Assembly (NCBI GenBank): GCA_029564175.1
Contig: JAKQQL010000489.1
Span: 1-13,490 of the forward strand
Length of the DNA: 13,490 nt
Reading direction: 5' to 3'
From: Candidatus Cloacimonadota bacterium
GTDB taxonomy: Bacteria > Cloacimonadota > Cloacimonadia > Cloacimonadales > WRIO01
Within the stretch, counting starts at the first letter, position 1. Every line of letters starts with the position of its first letter. Positions 1 through 8,125 of this stretch are shown piece by piece. The notes below the pieces were generated by a model, which saw only the letters and a list, made by a program, of their open reading frames with translations, did not search any database and was not told the DNA's origin. The position numbers and the translations under genes were made by a program.

Positions 1-1
1 G

Positions 2-277
2 TCCGATAAAGATAAAGTAAGGAAAATATTAACAGAGCAATTACCTGCTGAAATGAAAGCCAATAAAGAAATAATGGATGCGATTAAATACTCCGATCGC
101 CAAAACGCAAAGATTAGTACAGATAAAAAACTTGAAGAGGTAATGCAGCAATTTTTATTTAGCCAAACTGAGGTATTCAAAAAATTTACCGAAGACAAAG
201 ACTTCCAAAGGCGATATAAGGAATTTATTTTTGACACATTGGTGCAAAGTCAAGTGGGTAATCAAATTGGTTTATAA
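2..277 (+). CDS. hsdR: 3' end of a probable type I restriction-modification R subunit (partial, enters from left edge)
   Basis: Frame is open from base 2 (SDKDKVRKILTEQLPAEMKANKEIMDAIKYSDRQNAKISTDKKLEEVM...TEVFKKFTEDKDFQRRYKEFIF), so the ATG at 53 is internal. It resembles from memory the C-terminal tail of HsdR proteins (SDxQNAxI...TELFKxFxDxxxF). No catalytic motifs are in view. Confidence 0.65.
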   Translation, partial: SDKDKVRKILTEQLPAEMKANKEIMDAIKYSDRQNAKISTDKKLEEVMQQFLFSQTEVFKKFTEDKDFQRRYKEFIFDTLVQSQVGNQIGL

Positions 278-283
278 AAGAAA

Positions 284-312
284 CCGCCTACGCACGTCCT
301 GTGCTCCGGCGG
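284..312. repeat. Small GC-rich hairpin with GTCCT loop
   Basis: CCGCC(284-288)/GGCGG(308-312) and GCAC(292-295)/GTGC(301-304) around GTCCT; same ACGTCCTGT core as 12893-12919. Confidence 0.7.
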
Positions 313-366
313 AAGAGGGGCGTGGGGATTTTTAGAATATTGAAACTGAAGATGGCGCGGTACAGC

Positions 367-460
367 CTATAACAGCGGCTATATGGTTCCGCTTCGCTTC
401 ACCCAAATTTTTGCTCCACTGCGTTCCGCAAAAACTTCATATAGCCGCGGAACGTTATAT
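367..460 (+). mobile_element. attC: attC-like integron cassette recombination site (attC-1)
   Basis: R'' CTATAAC (367-373) and R' GTTATAT (454-460); perfect 11-bp arms GCGGCTATATG (375-385)/CATATAGCCGC (438-448); asymmetric A vs GGAAC spacer; inner stem TTTTTGC(408-414)/GCAAAAA(428-434); GC-rich, lies just after a stop codon. Confidence 0.85.
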
Positions 461-501
461 GAAAGCGGCGCGCTTAACTGGTTCGGACTTATTGAAGTGA
501 T

Positions 502-518
502 GCGACCTTCCTGGCCGC
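502..518. repeat. Small hairpin with TTCCT loop
   Basis: GCGACC(502-507)-TTCCT-GGCCGC(513-518), 5/6 paired; positional counterpart of 13091-13108. Confidence 0.45.
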
Positions 519-623
519 CCTTAAGCTGATTAAACATTTAGATAAGTAATTAGTAACGAGAAAAATAGCTTATTATTTACAGTAAGTATGGCTTGTTGAA
601 AAAGTTAAAATAGCATAAAAGAC

Positions 624-652
624 TGGACATAATATAAATAATTGAATATAAA
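624..652 (+). promoter_or_regulatory. Putative sigma70-type promoter of the cluster
   Basis: TGGACA(624-629)-17 bp-TATAAA(647-652), each 5/6 to consensus; RBS-like AGAGG at 663-667 before ATG 673. AT-rich context raises the chance of a random match. Confidence 0.55.
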
Positions 653-672
653 ACACCATATTAGAGGTTTTT

Positions 673-2436
673 ATGAACAACAATAAGCAAAAAACTGAAA
701 AAATGAACATGCCATCAGTGAATAAAACCGAGAAATTAGATAATATTAAATCACCATATGATTCTCAGTCTTTGCCTTTCACCGGTTCATTGAAAGCAGG
801 TGAAGTGATTAAAGGCTATGAGGTAAAGTCTCTTATCTCTGCAAGTACAGGCGAAGCTGAGATATTTTTAGCACAAAAAGATGGAATTAAAGCTATCATT
901 AAATACTATCATGCTAATTTCAAACCCAAAGAAGATATTCTTTTAAAATTTCACAATATTGACCATCCGGATATAATAACCCTGTATGAATACGGCACTC
1001 ACAACGGCAGGTTCTATGAAATTATGGAATATGCCGAAGGAGGCACTCTTGCAGATAAAAACCCTGACGGAAGCTTCAAATATCTTCCAATGTCAGAGAA
1101 TGCTGTCAAACAGATAATTGACGAGACCATCAATGCCTTTCTTTTCCTTCACAAAGAGGGTATCATACACAGAGACATAAAATCGGGTAATATTTTTTAT
1201 AAAAATGCTGATGGCAGTGATATATTGATTGGGGATTTTGGTATATCCTCTGAACTCGATGTAGACGGCGGCATGAGTAAACGTATGACTTCTACGCTTG
1301 CGCTGTCAGAAGGTTATGCGGCACCTGAACTTTATGGCATAGCAAAAGATGACAACAAAGCAAAAATTCTCATCGGCCCAGAGGTTGATTATTACGCTCT
1401 GGGCATAACTGTTTATGAACTTCTCACCGTGATCAACCCTTTCGCTGGAAGAAACCCACTGCATATAATGAGAGACACAATTGAAGGCCGTGTTGCCGAT
1501 GATATTTTAACCAGACCAGAAGCTAAGAAAATTAGCCCGCAGTTTCAGAAACTCATAAGGGGCCTTATTACTGTAAGGCATGATAAAAGATGGGGATATA
1601 ATGAAGTATCACGCTGGTTAAAAGGTGAATCTGTCGATATCTTTACTGAAAAATATGTTATGAATATACCTCATTTTAAATTTGGAGAAACAATTATTAA
1701 ATCATTAAATGAATTGGCTAATCTATTATTGAATGATATTAGCATAAGTAAAAAATATCTATACCGTGGCATAATAACAGGGTGGTTGTCACAATTTAAT
1801 CAGGATTTGGCAATGAAGGTTGGAGACATACAGGAAAATTATTCTTCCTCTGAGGAAGAACAGGCCTATGGAGTTTATTATTTATTTTATTTGATAAATG
1901 ATGAGGAAATATCATTTAACTTAGATCAAAAAATATCAATCAAATCAACCGAAGACATGGGATTAAGCTTAAAACAATTTCCAGAAAAATGGCTACCTCA
2001 ATTAAGAAATAAATTAAGCCGTTTTAATGCATGGTGTGATGCATATAATTTATTTGAATTGAAATCATTAATAAATGAATTATCAGAAGTAACAAAATCA
2101 GATAATCATTTTTTAAATATATTAATTTATCACTGCAACAACAGAGACATCAAGTCTTTGGTTAATAGTTTTAACGGAATTAATACAATTAATGATTTAT
2201 ACGAAGTTAAAGATGAAAAAATTAAAAACGAAATTTTACAAGAATTAAGAGATGTTGAATCATTAGGCTCAATATGGTTCAAAGATCATGCAGGTGAAGA
2301 AAAATTTTCAGTATGGCACAGTAAAGACATTGCTCAATCATATTCAAATTTTATGAAAGTAATTAAAGGTGAATACGAAAAAGTTACAATAACTAAAGGG
2401 CATATGTCAAAACAAATATATTGTATAAAAAAGTAA
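673..2436 (+). CDS. Hanks-type Ser/Thr protein kinase with soluble helical C-terminal region
   Basis: AIIK lysine, IMEYAEGG hinge, HRDIKSGN catalytic loop, DFG, GYAAPE, DYYALG, KRW; no TM segment evident. Confidence 0.95.
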   Translation: MNNNKQKTEKMNMPSVNKTEKLDNIKSPYDSQSLPFTGSLKAGEVIKGYEVKSLISASTGEAEIFLAQKDGIKAIIKYYHANFKPKEDILLKFHNIDHPDIITLYEYGTHNGRFYEIMEYAEGGTLADKNPDGSFKYLPMSENAVKQIIDETINAFLFLHKEGIIHRDIKSGNIFYKNADGSDILIGDFGISSELDVDGGMSKRMTSTLALSEGYAAPELYGIAKDDNKAKILIGPEVDYYALGITVYELLTVINPFAGRNPLHIMRDTIEGRVADDILTRPEAKKISPQFQKLIRGLITVRHDKRWGYNEVSRWLKGESVDIFTEKYVMNIPHFKFGETIIKSLNELANLLLNDISISKKYLYRGIITGWLSQFNQDLAMKVGDIQENYSSSEEEQAYGVYYLFYLINDEEISFNLDQKISIKSTEDMGLSLKQFPEKWLPQLRNKLSRFNAWCDAYNLFELKSLINELSEVTKSDNHFLNILIYHCNNRDIKSLVNSFNGINTINDLYEVKDEKIKNEILQELRDVESLGSIWFKDHAGEEKFSVWHSKDIAQSYSNFMKVIKGEYEKVTITKGHMSKQIYCIKK

Positions 2437-2450
2437 TTGGAGGTTCTGTA

Positions 2451-3878
2451 ATGAGTAAATTAGCCGGTGAATACTATGTTGACAAGTATTCCTCAAACAT
2501 CAAAGTCTACCAGGGATTTTCATGGCCTTTCTTCTTTTTAGGGTTTATATGGTTTTTCTATAAAAAATTAATTGGTAAAGGTTTTATTTATTTAGTTGTG
2601 TCGTTGGTGCTTGCTCAATTTCTACCATTGTTCTTAATCATAAATTTCATTCTTGCATTCTTTGTGAATAATATGCATTCTAACTTTATTGCAGGGCTCG
2701 TTACCACTAAAAACAATGATATTAATGCTTTAGATGCAGATAATAATGTATCTATTGATAATAAATCTGCTGATGCAATGCAAGATTCTTCAAATCAAAA
2801 GATACCTGATGATAAAAAGGCTAAAACAGACAATAAGGGATTTTTTGAAAAAAATAATTATATTGGAACTTCATTCAATAAACAATTTATTGGCATTGTC
2901 TTAATGGTTATCATGGTTATTACTATGCTGATCAGCTACTTTCAAATCAAGAGACTTGATAATAATGATAAGATAAATAGAATGGAATTATTAATTGCAA
3001 AAGGTGACATTATCAGAGCGAAAGCAGAATTAGCTTTATATCAAAGTATTGCAGGTAAAATTGTATCAGAAAACTACATTCCATTTATTATTCAATTGAG
3101 CGAAGATCCAACTAAAGCTTACGAAATGATTAAGGATAGTTCTATAAGTCATAGTAATTACCTGTTTTTAACTGATAAATTATTACTATTATCGTATGAA
3201 TTATATAAAAAAAGATTATTTAATGAAGCTAAGGATGTTACTTATCAAATATTTAACAAAATAGAATCTAACCCTCCAATTAATAACCTTTTATATGATA
3301 AAGGTTATCAAAACTGGTTCATAAACACACGAAATGTATACATCAGTGAATTATACAAGAAAGTATACCCATATACAACTCCGGAAGTCATGTATAAGAA
3401 TAGAAATCTAAATAAATATTATGAGAAATTATATGAAAAAAAGGAAAATCAAATTCGAGAAAAATTAAATTCTTCATATTCATTAAAAAGCGACGTGATT
3501 GATCCGTTTAAGAAACTTGTTCAGTTTGACCCGGGGAAATATTATGTTATGTATAAAGTTTTTCTTGAACAATTCGGTAATATGGATAGCATAAAAACTA
3601 TAATAGGTGAAAATTATTTAAAAACTCAAATAAAAAATTATAGAAACAAAACATATATTCAATTGTTCTCTATTTGGTTTGATCCTCAAATAGAATTTAA
3701 AATGAATGAAAAAGATTTAACCTGCATTTCTGAAATAACCGATTATCCAGGTCTATTTAAATTAAAGGATGATTGTGCGAATAAAGCAATGGCAGACAAA
3801 TCTTTGGTGGGGTACATTTACAAGAGTAATGATACGTATTACTATTTTAGACCTTCAGTTATTCAGAAAATTGATTAA
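2451..3878 (+). CDS. Membrane protein, DUF2628-like N-terminus, further TM and large helical C-terminal domain
   Basis: GFSWPFFFLGFIWFFYKKL motif followed by hydrophobic helices; another TM FIGIVLMVIMVITMLISYF. Start moved from TTG 2421 to ATG 2451 because GGAGG lies at 2439-2443. Confidence 0.75.
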   Translation: MSKLAGEYYVDKYSSNIKVYQGFSWPFFFLGFIWFFYKKLIGKGFIYLVVSLVLAQFLPLFLIINFILAFFVNNMHSNFIAGLVTTKNNDINALDADNNVSIDNKSADAMQDSSNQKIPDDKKAKTDNKGFFEKNNYIGTSFNKQFIGIVLMVIMVITMLISYFQIKRLDNNDKINRMELLIAKGDIIRAKAELALYQSIAGKIVSENYIPFIIQLSEDPTKAYEMIKDSSISHSNYLFLTDKLLLLSYELYKKRLFNEAKDVTYQIFNKIESNPPINNLLYDKGYQNWFINTRNVYISELYKKVYPYTTPEVMYKNRNLNKYYEKLYEKKENQIREKLNSSYSLKSDVIDPFKKLVQFDPGKYYVMYKVFLEQFGNMDSIKTIIGENYLKTQIKNYRNKTYIQLFSIWFDPQIEFKMNEKDLTCISEITDYPGLFKLKDDCANKAMADKSLVGYIYKSNDTYYYFRPSVIQKID

Positions 3879-3895
3879 ATAATTAAACAGAGAGG

Positions 3896-6007
3896 ATGTC
3901 TAATATGGAAAATTTAAATAATAACACAAATATCGGTGATAATGACAACAAACAGATTAATGACGGTTTATTAAATGAATCAGAAATACGGGAAAGAGTA
4001 AATGCCTTTATTGATAAAAATAATCTTTCAATAAAGAATTTTGCTGAATATATGGAAATTGAATCAATTAAGAAATATAATCCATATATTATCGAAATTG
4101 AATCCCTTGACATACAACGGTCACTAAACAATACAACTGTAGCTGGCACACCCTATAAAAATCCCCAGGGGTTTGCTGTTGGGAAAAGTGAAATAGATTT
4201 GTCCGCATTTCCTTATGACGAAGCCCCATCCGCTTTTAAAAACCATACAACAGAACCAAAAGTAATTCTCGCTTCAGTAGAAACTGTTATATGCGATACC
4301 TGCGGCGGCCAGGGAAAAATACAATGTCATACCTGCAACGGCCATGGTGAATTGATTTGCGGAGAATGTAATGGTTCGGGCCAAGTTACTTGCCCCCCTC
4401 CCGGGTTGTTGTTTGCAGGCGGGTGCAGTGGGAGCGGTACTCAGAATTGTTCTCGTTGTGGAGGAAGAGGTTGCTATGATGAATATAACTCTGCTGCAGG
4501 GCGCTCGATTTCTGTAACCTGTAGAAGTTGTGGTGGGCGCGGCAGCCAAAGGTGTGTTAAATGCGGTGGCAGTGGCATAATTAAATGCGGGACATGTCGT
4601 GGCAGTGGAAAAGTCCAATGCAGAACATGCAATGGCCACGGTTATCTGGTATGTTCTAATTGTGAAGGGCATGGCAAGCTGCAATCCTTTTATTATTTTG
4701 AAGATAAATACTCTTCTGAATACTATAGTCAGCTATTCAAAGAGAAGGGTAAATTCACACCCAAAGGTGATACAAAGGAGATAGCAAATAAGGTAATCTA
4801 TAATGATTTATTGTTCAATAAGGGAAATTATAATGATGACAATGTTCTGAAAGATATACCTGAGGAATATGATGAATATGTTCGAGATATTTTTAACAAA
4901 ACTGATCTTAGAGAGTCAGGGAAAAGTCAGCTAAACGATCATCTGAAAACAAATGTCACAGTCAAACAGTACGAATATATTGAAGTTGAATATGAATACA
5001 GAGATGAAGATTATCTTGTTATTGTTGATCTACAGTCTGATCTTGTTTATATCAATAATTTAAGTAAAATAGAATCCCTTTTAAAACAGGATGAAAAAAT
5101 GGTTCAAAAGCTGGCTAAACGCTCTGTCTTTTATCCATTGCAAAAAAAACAGATTATGAAATCTAATTTTTTTCTCATGCGGATTGTTTCACTGGTCCTA
5201 TGGATGGATGGTAAAATAACACCGCATGAAGAAAATTTGTTTAACATATTTGCGAACTCACTTGAAATTGCGCCGAATGAAAAAACCGCGCTCGATTTGT
5301 TATTCAAGGAAAATAAAGTATCTTTATCGGATATTGAACTTGAACTACGAGATTTTTATGAAAAAGAACTTGCTGCAATGATCGCCTGGATGGCTATAAA
5401 TGTTGATGAGGAGGTTGATCAGAGTGAAGAACTTTTTTTTACAAAATTTATCGCAATAGTGGGTATAGATGAAAAAAGAATTCCTCACATAAAAAAAATT
5501 GCTCAGCGAGAATTGAGGTTTTTAAAGAAAGGGGATTTTAATATTGCTCGAGTTCGATTAGAAGGGAAAAGGGACACATCATTAACAGTCATTGAAGGTT
5601 CCTTAAAAAAATATCCGATGAGAAATATTCTTTCCGGGGCAGGTGCTTTTGTTGCGACAATTTTACTTCTTATTTTCCCGCCTTATTTGTTTACTTTTGG
5701 AAGTACTTCTTATGACACCATTACTTCAATTAAAAAGTCAATTGTAGATAAAGATTTGAATAAAGCTGTTAGATTAGAAGAATCTTTTTCGAAAATACAT
5801 AATAATGACGTGTATAATCTTCAAGAAAGACTGGATATATATACCAGTATATTGAATACGGCTGTTGAAACAAACAATAAACCTATTGCTGATAAGTATT
5901 ATAAAGTTTTATCTGGTTTAAATCTTTTGAATAGTGCAATACTTTCTGATCAAAAATTTTCTCAGGTAATAACTGTCTATAAAAACATGAAGGAGGAAGT
6001 AAAATGA
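3896..6007 (+). CDS. DnaJ-type CxxCxGxG zinc-finger repeat protein with TerB-like domain and C-proximal TM helix
   Basis: Ten CxxCxGxG units at 4292-4675 (one with an insert); twin TerB-like motifs WMDGKITPHEENLF and INVDEEVDQSEELFF; TM GAGAFVATILLLIFPPYLF. Confidence 0.8.
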   Translation: MSNMENLNNNTNIGDNDNKQINDGLLNESEIRERVNAFIDKNNLSIKNFAEYMEIESIKKYNPYIIEIESLDIQRSLNNTTVAGTPYKNPQGFAVGKSEIDLSAFPYDEAPSAFKNHTTEPKVILASVETVICDTCGGQGKIQCHTCNGHGELICGECNGSGQVTCPPPGLLFAGGCSGSGTQNCSRCGGRGCYDEYNSAAGRSISVTCRSCGGRGSQRCVKCGGSGIIKCGTCRGSGKVQCRTCNGHGYLVCSNCEGHGKLQSFYYFEDKYSSEYYSQLFKEKGKFTPKGDTKEIANKVIYNDLLFNKGNYNDDNVLKDIPEEYDEYVRDIFNKTDLRESGKSQLNDHLKTNVTVKQYEYIEVEYEYRDEDYLVIVDLQSDLVYINNLSKIESLLKQDEKMVQKLAKRSVFYPLQKKQIMKSNFFLMRIVSLVLWMDGKITPHEENLFNIFANSLEIAPNEKTALDLLFKENKVSLSDIELELRDFYEKELAAMIAWMAINVDEEVDQSEELFFTKFIAIVGIDEKRIPHIKKIAQRELRFLKKGDFNIARVRLEGKRDTSLTVIEGSLKKYPMRNILSGAGAFVATILLLIFPPYLFTFGSTSYDTITSIKKSIVDKDLNKAVRLEESFSKIHNNDVYNLQERLDIYTSILNTAVETNNKPIADKYYKVLSGLNLLNSAILSDQKFSQVITVYKNMKEEVK

Positions 6008-6474
6008 TAACTTACCATAGCGCTCCATGGAGTATGAGATTATTTGCGGTATTAATAGATTTGTCAATTTTTAGTCTACTATTCATATTGCTATCACCCG
6101 GGAATGAATTTTTAAAAAATTATCCCAGCGCACGAATCTTAATTTGGTTTATGCCAATTTATTATTATTTATATAAATTTATTTCAATGTTGTTTTTTTC
6201 TCGAACGTTAGGTATGTGGTTTTTTGGTCTAAATTATTTTGAAATAGACGCAAATGGTTCATTGCTCAAAGATTCATTATATAGCGGGATTTCACTAAAT
6301 AAGGCGGTAAAAAGAATATTATATTCAATACTATTTAACTGTATGGTGGGTATACCCTACTTGCAACTTTTATATTCTCTCGATTCACTTCACTCTCTTG
6401 ATAGAAAATCGGAAGTATTTGTAATTGCAAGGATGGAAACAAATAAGGATGAAGAGATTACTGTTACACCATAA
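6004..6474 (+). CDS. RDD family membrane protein
   Basis: APWSMRLFAVLID, RTLGMWFFGL and terminal LDR pattern typical of RDD; ATGA overlap with upstream gene. Confidence 0.85.
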   Translation: MITYHSAPWSMRLFAVLIDLSIFSLLFILLSPGNEFLKNYPSARILIWFMPIYYYLYKFISMLFFSRTLGMWFFGLNYFEIDANGSLLKDSLYSGISLNKAVKRILYSILFNCMVGIPYLQLLYSLDSLHSLDRKSEVFVIARMETNKDEEITVTP

Positions 6475-6492
6475 TCCCAATAGCATAACATG

Positions 6493-6547
6493 ATATTTGC
6501 CCGTTATTATTCCTTCATAAATATAGGAATTAATAACGGGCAAATAT
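6493..6547. repeat. Long intergenic inverted repeat (possible terminator, processing or binding site)
   Basis: ATATTTGCCCGTTATTA(6493-6509)/TAATAACGGGCAAATAT(6531-6547) perfect 17 bp, plus TTCCT/AGGAA after a 1-nt bulge; 10-nt loop; T-run follows. Confidence 0.85.
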
Positions 6548-6595
6548 ATTTTTTACATAAATACATTAATGGCATTTAAAAATTCGGAGGTTTAC

Positions 6596-7042
6596 ATGGA
6601 ATTAAAAGTGTTAGTACCAAATGATAAAAAATTAATTAATATTAGAAATCAAATATTATCAGATGATCTTATCTATCTGAATAATAGCGTTATTAGTAAT
6701 ATAAATCCACATGTTAACATAATTACTACACATAAACCCTGGAAAAACAGAGTAATAAAAGTTCAGAAATGTAATTCAAATTATTCTATTTACAAAAAAA
6801 TATTTGGAGCAAGTAACTTTGGTTTAGATAAAGATAAAGCATTAATGAGTTTCACTTCCCTTAGTCAATTAAATTTAAAGACTGGTGAAACAATTAAAAT
6901 AATAAAGGGGAATCAAATATTGTATCGTCATATGTTCTATTACAATCACCTAAATGATGCTGTACGTGTTTCATATAAAGTAGGTATTTACGGGCTCATA
7001 TTCGGTATTCTTGGATTCGCTGCTACAATATTTTTTTCATAA
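6596..7042 (+). CDS. Hypothetical basic protein with C-terminal TM anchor
   Basis: GGAGG at 6586-6590 favours ATG 6596 over 6569; C-terminal VGIYGLIFGILGFAATIFFS; very AT-rich. Confidence 0.7.
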   Translation: MELKVLVPNDKKLINIRNQILSDDLIYLNNSVISNINPHVNIITTHKPWKNRVIKVQKCNSNYSIYKKIFGASNFGLDKDKALMSFTSLSQLNLKTGETIKIIKGNQILYRHMFYYNHLNDAVRVSYKVGIYGLIFGILGFAATIFFS

Positions 7043-7046
7043 ATAT

Positions 7047-7068
7047 TAGTCATCATGCATGATGACTA
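7047..7068. repeat. Perfect 22-bp palindrome
   Basis: TAGTCATCATGCATGATGACTA is its own reverse complement; extendable by AAATA/TATTT with a 1-nt bulge. Confidence 0.9.
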
Positions 7069-7118
7069 TATTTGCAATAAACATAATACTAAATGAAATT
7101 ATTAATAAATGGTAATAT

Positions 7119-8114
7119 ATGCAGGGAAAAGAAAAACAACATGAACAACGTATTGAGCAACAACAGCAACAGCAAACAGACCATCTCGAGTGTGCTGAAT
7201 GCGGCTATATGAATGAGCCTGAAACCCTATACTGCGAACAATGCGGTTCTAATCTCCAAAATAAGACCAAAAAGTGTCCTGTTTGCGGAGAAAAACTATC
7301 AGGCGTTTATTGTGAATTCTGCGGTGCAAACTCTGATGGTATTATGTGCCCTAAGTGTAACATAATTCAATATACTGATTTCTGCTCTGATTGCGGTGAA
7401 CCTCTGACTGAAACAGCTAAAAATTTTATAAGTATAGATACAGAAAAAATTGAAATACAGGAAATGACAGAAGCCGATGCAGCGTTAATAATACATGAAT
7501 TGAATAACTGTCTTACCCCCGTAATGCAGAAGGAACAGGAGAAAAAGCGCCAGCGGATCATTCTTCTTCGAGAAAGAGAGTACTTCAATGAAAGGGAGAA
7601 AAGAATTGAAGAGTTTTACCCATCAGGAATAATTAAAGTTAAAACGATCAAGCCTGAAGAGATGAAACTGTTAAAGAAGTCAGTTGAAAAACTTCGGGGT
7701 TATATCAAGGCTGAGAAGGATAGAATTAATGAAATTATACAAGTGCAAGAAGAGAAAGAAAGAATGGCCAAGGAAAAACAAAAAAATGAACAGTATAAAC
7801 GAAGAGTTGAAGGGGTGTGGATAACAACAAGCGGTCGAGTAAGTGGTATTATGAAAATTAACCTTAATGGTACATCTGTTAGAGGTAATATACACTGGAT
7901 ACAACCCGAGCTTGAAAGGGTTGATTCATTATGCGGTTCATGGGACGGAAATGTGTTCATGGTACGAACAATAAACATGAGAACTATTTGGATCAGACCC
8001 AATTATTATAATGTACCTGTTAAATACTTGGCATCAGTTAATCAAAATAGCGACACAATGAACGGCTACATGGAATCAGCCGAATACTGGCAAGAAATAT
8101 TTATCAAACAATAA
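7119..8114 (+). CDS. Gln-rich leader, multi zinc-ribbon, coiled-coil and C-terminal beta-rich domain protein
   Basis: Six CxxC pairs (CAEC, CEQC, CPVC, CEFC, CPKC, CSDC); E/K/R-rich helical middle; VEGVW...GSWDGN beta-strand pattern at the end. Confidence 0.8.
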   Translation: MQGKEKQHEQRIEQQQQQQTDHLECAECGYMNEPETLYCEQCGSNLQNKTKKCPVCGEKLSGVYCEFCGANSDGIMCPKCNIIQYTDFCSDCGEPLTETAKNFISIDTEKIEIQEMTEADAALIIHELNNCLTPVMQKEQEKKRQRIILLREREYFNEREKRIEEFYPSGIIKVKTIKPEEMKLLKKSVEKLRGYIKAEKDRINEIIQVQEEKERMAKEKQKNEQYKRRVEGVWITTSGRVSGIMKINLNGTSVRGNIHWIQPELERVDSLCGSWDGNVFMVRTINMRTIWIRPNYYNVPVKYLASVNQNSDTMNGYMESAEYWQEIFIKQ

Positions 8115-8125
8115 CAGGTGTAAAC

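Noticed and set aside
2400..2460. Frameshifted kinase-membrane protein fusion suggested by ORF overlap at 2421-2436
   Set aside because: A good RBS (GGAGG 2439-2443) and ATG 2451 give a clean non-overlapping start.
3896..6007. dnaJ call
   Set aside because: No HPD-containing J domain or G/F-rich region.
6483..6547. Internal attC that would split the cassette
   Set aside because: The hairpin has GTT before AAC (opposite to attC order) and lacks the A/GGAAC spacer; GCATAAC at 6483 is only 13 nt from the next GTT.
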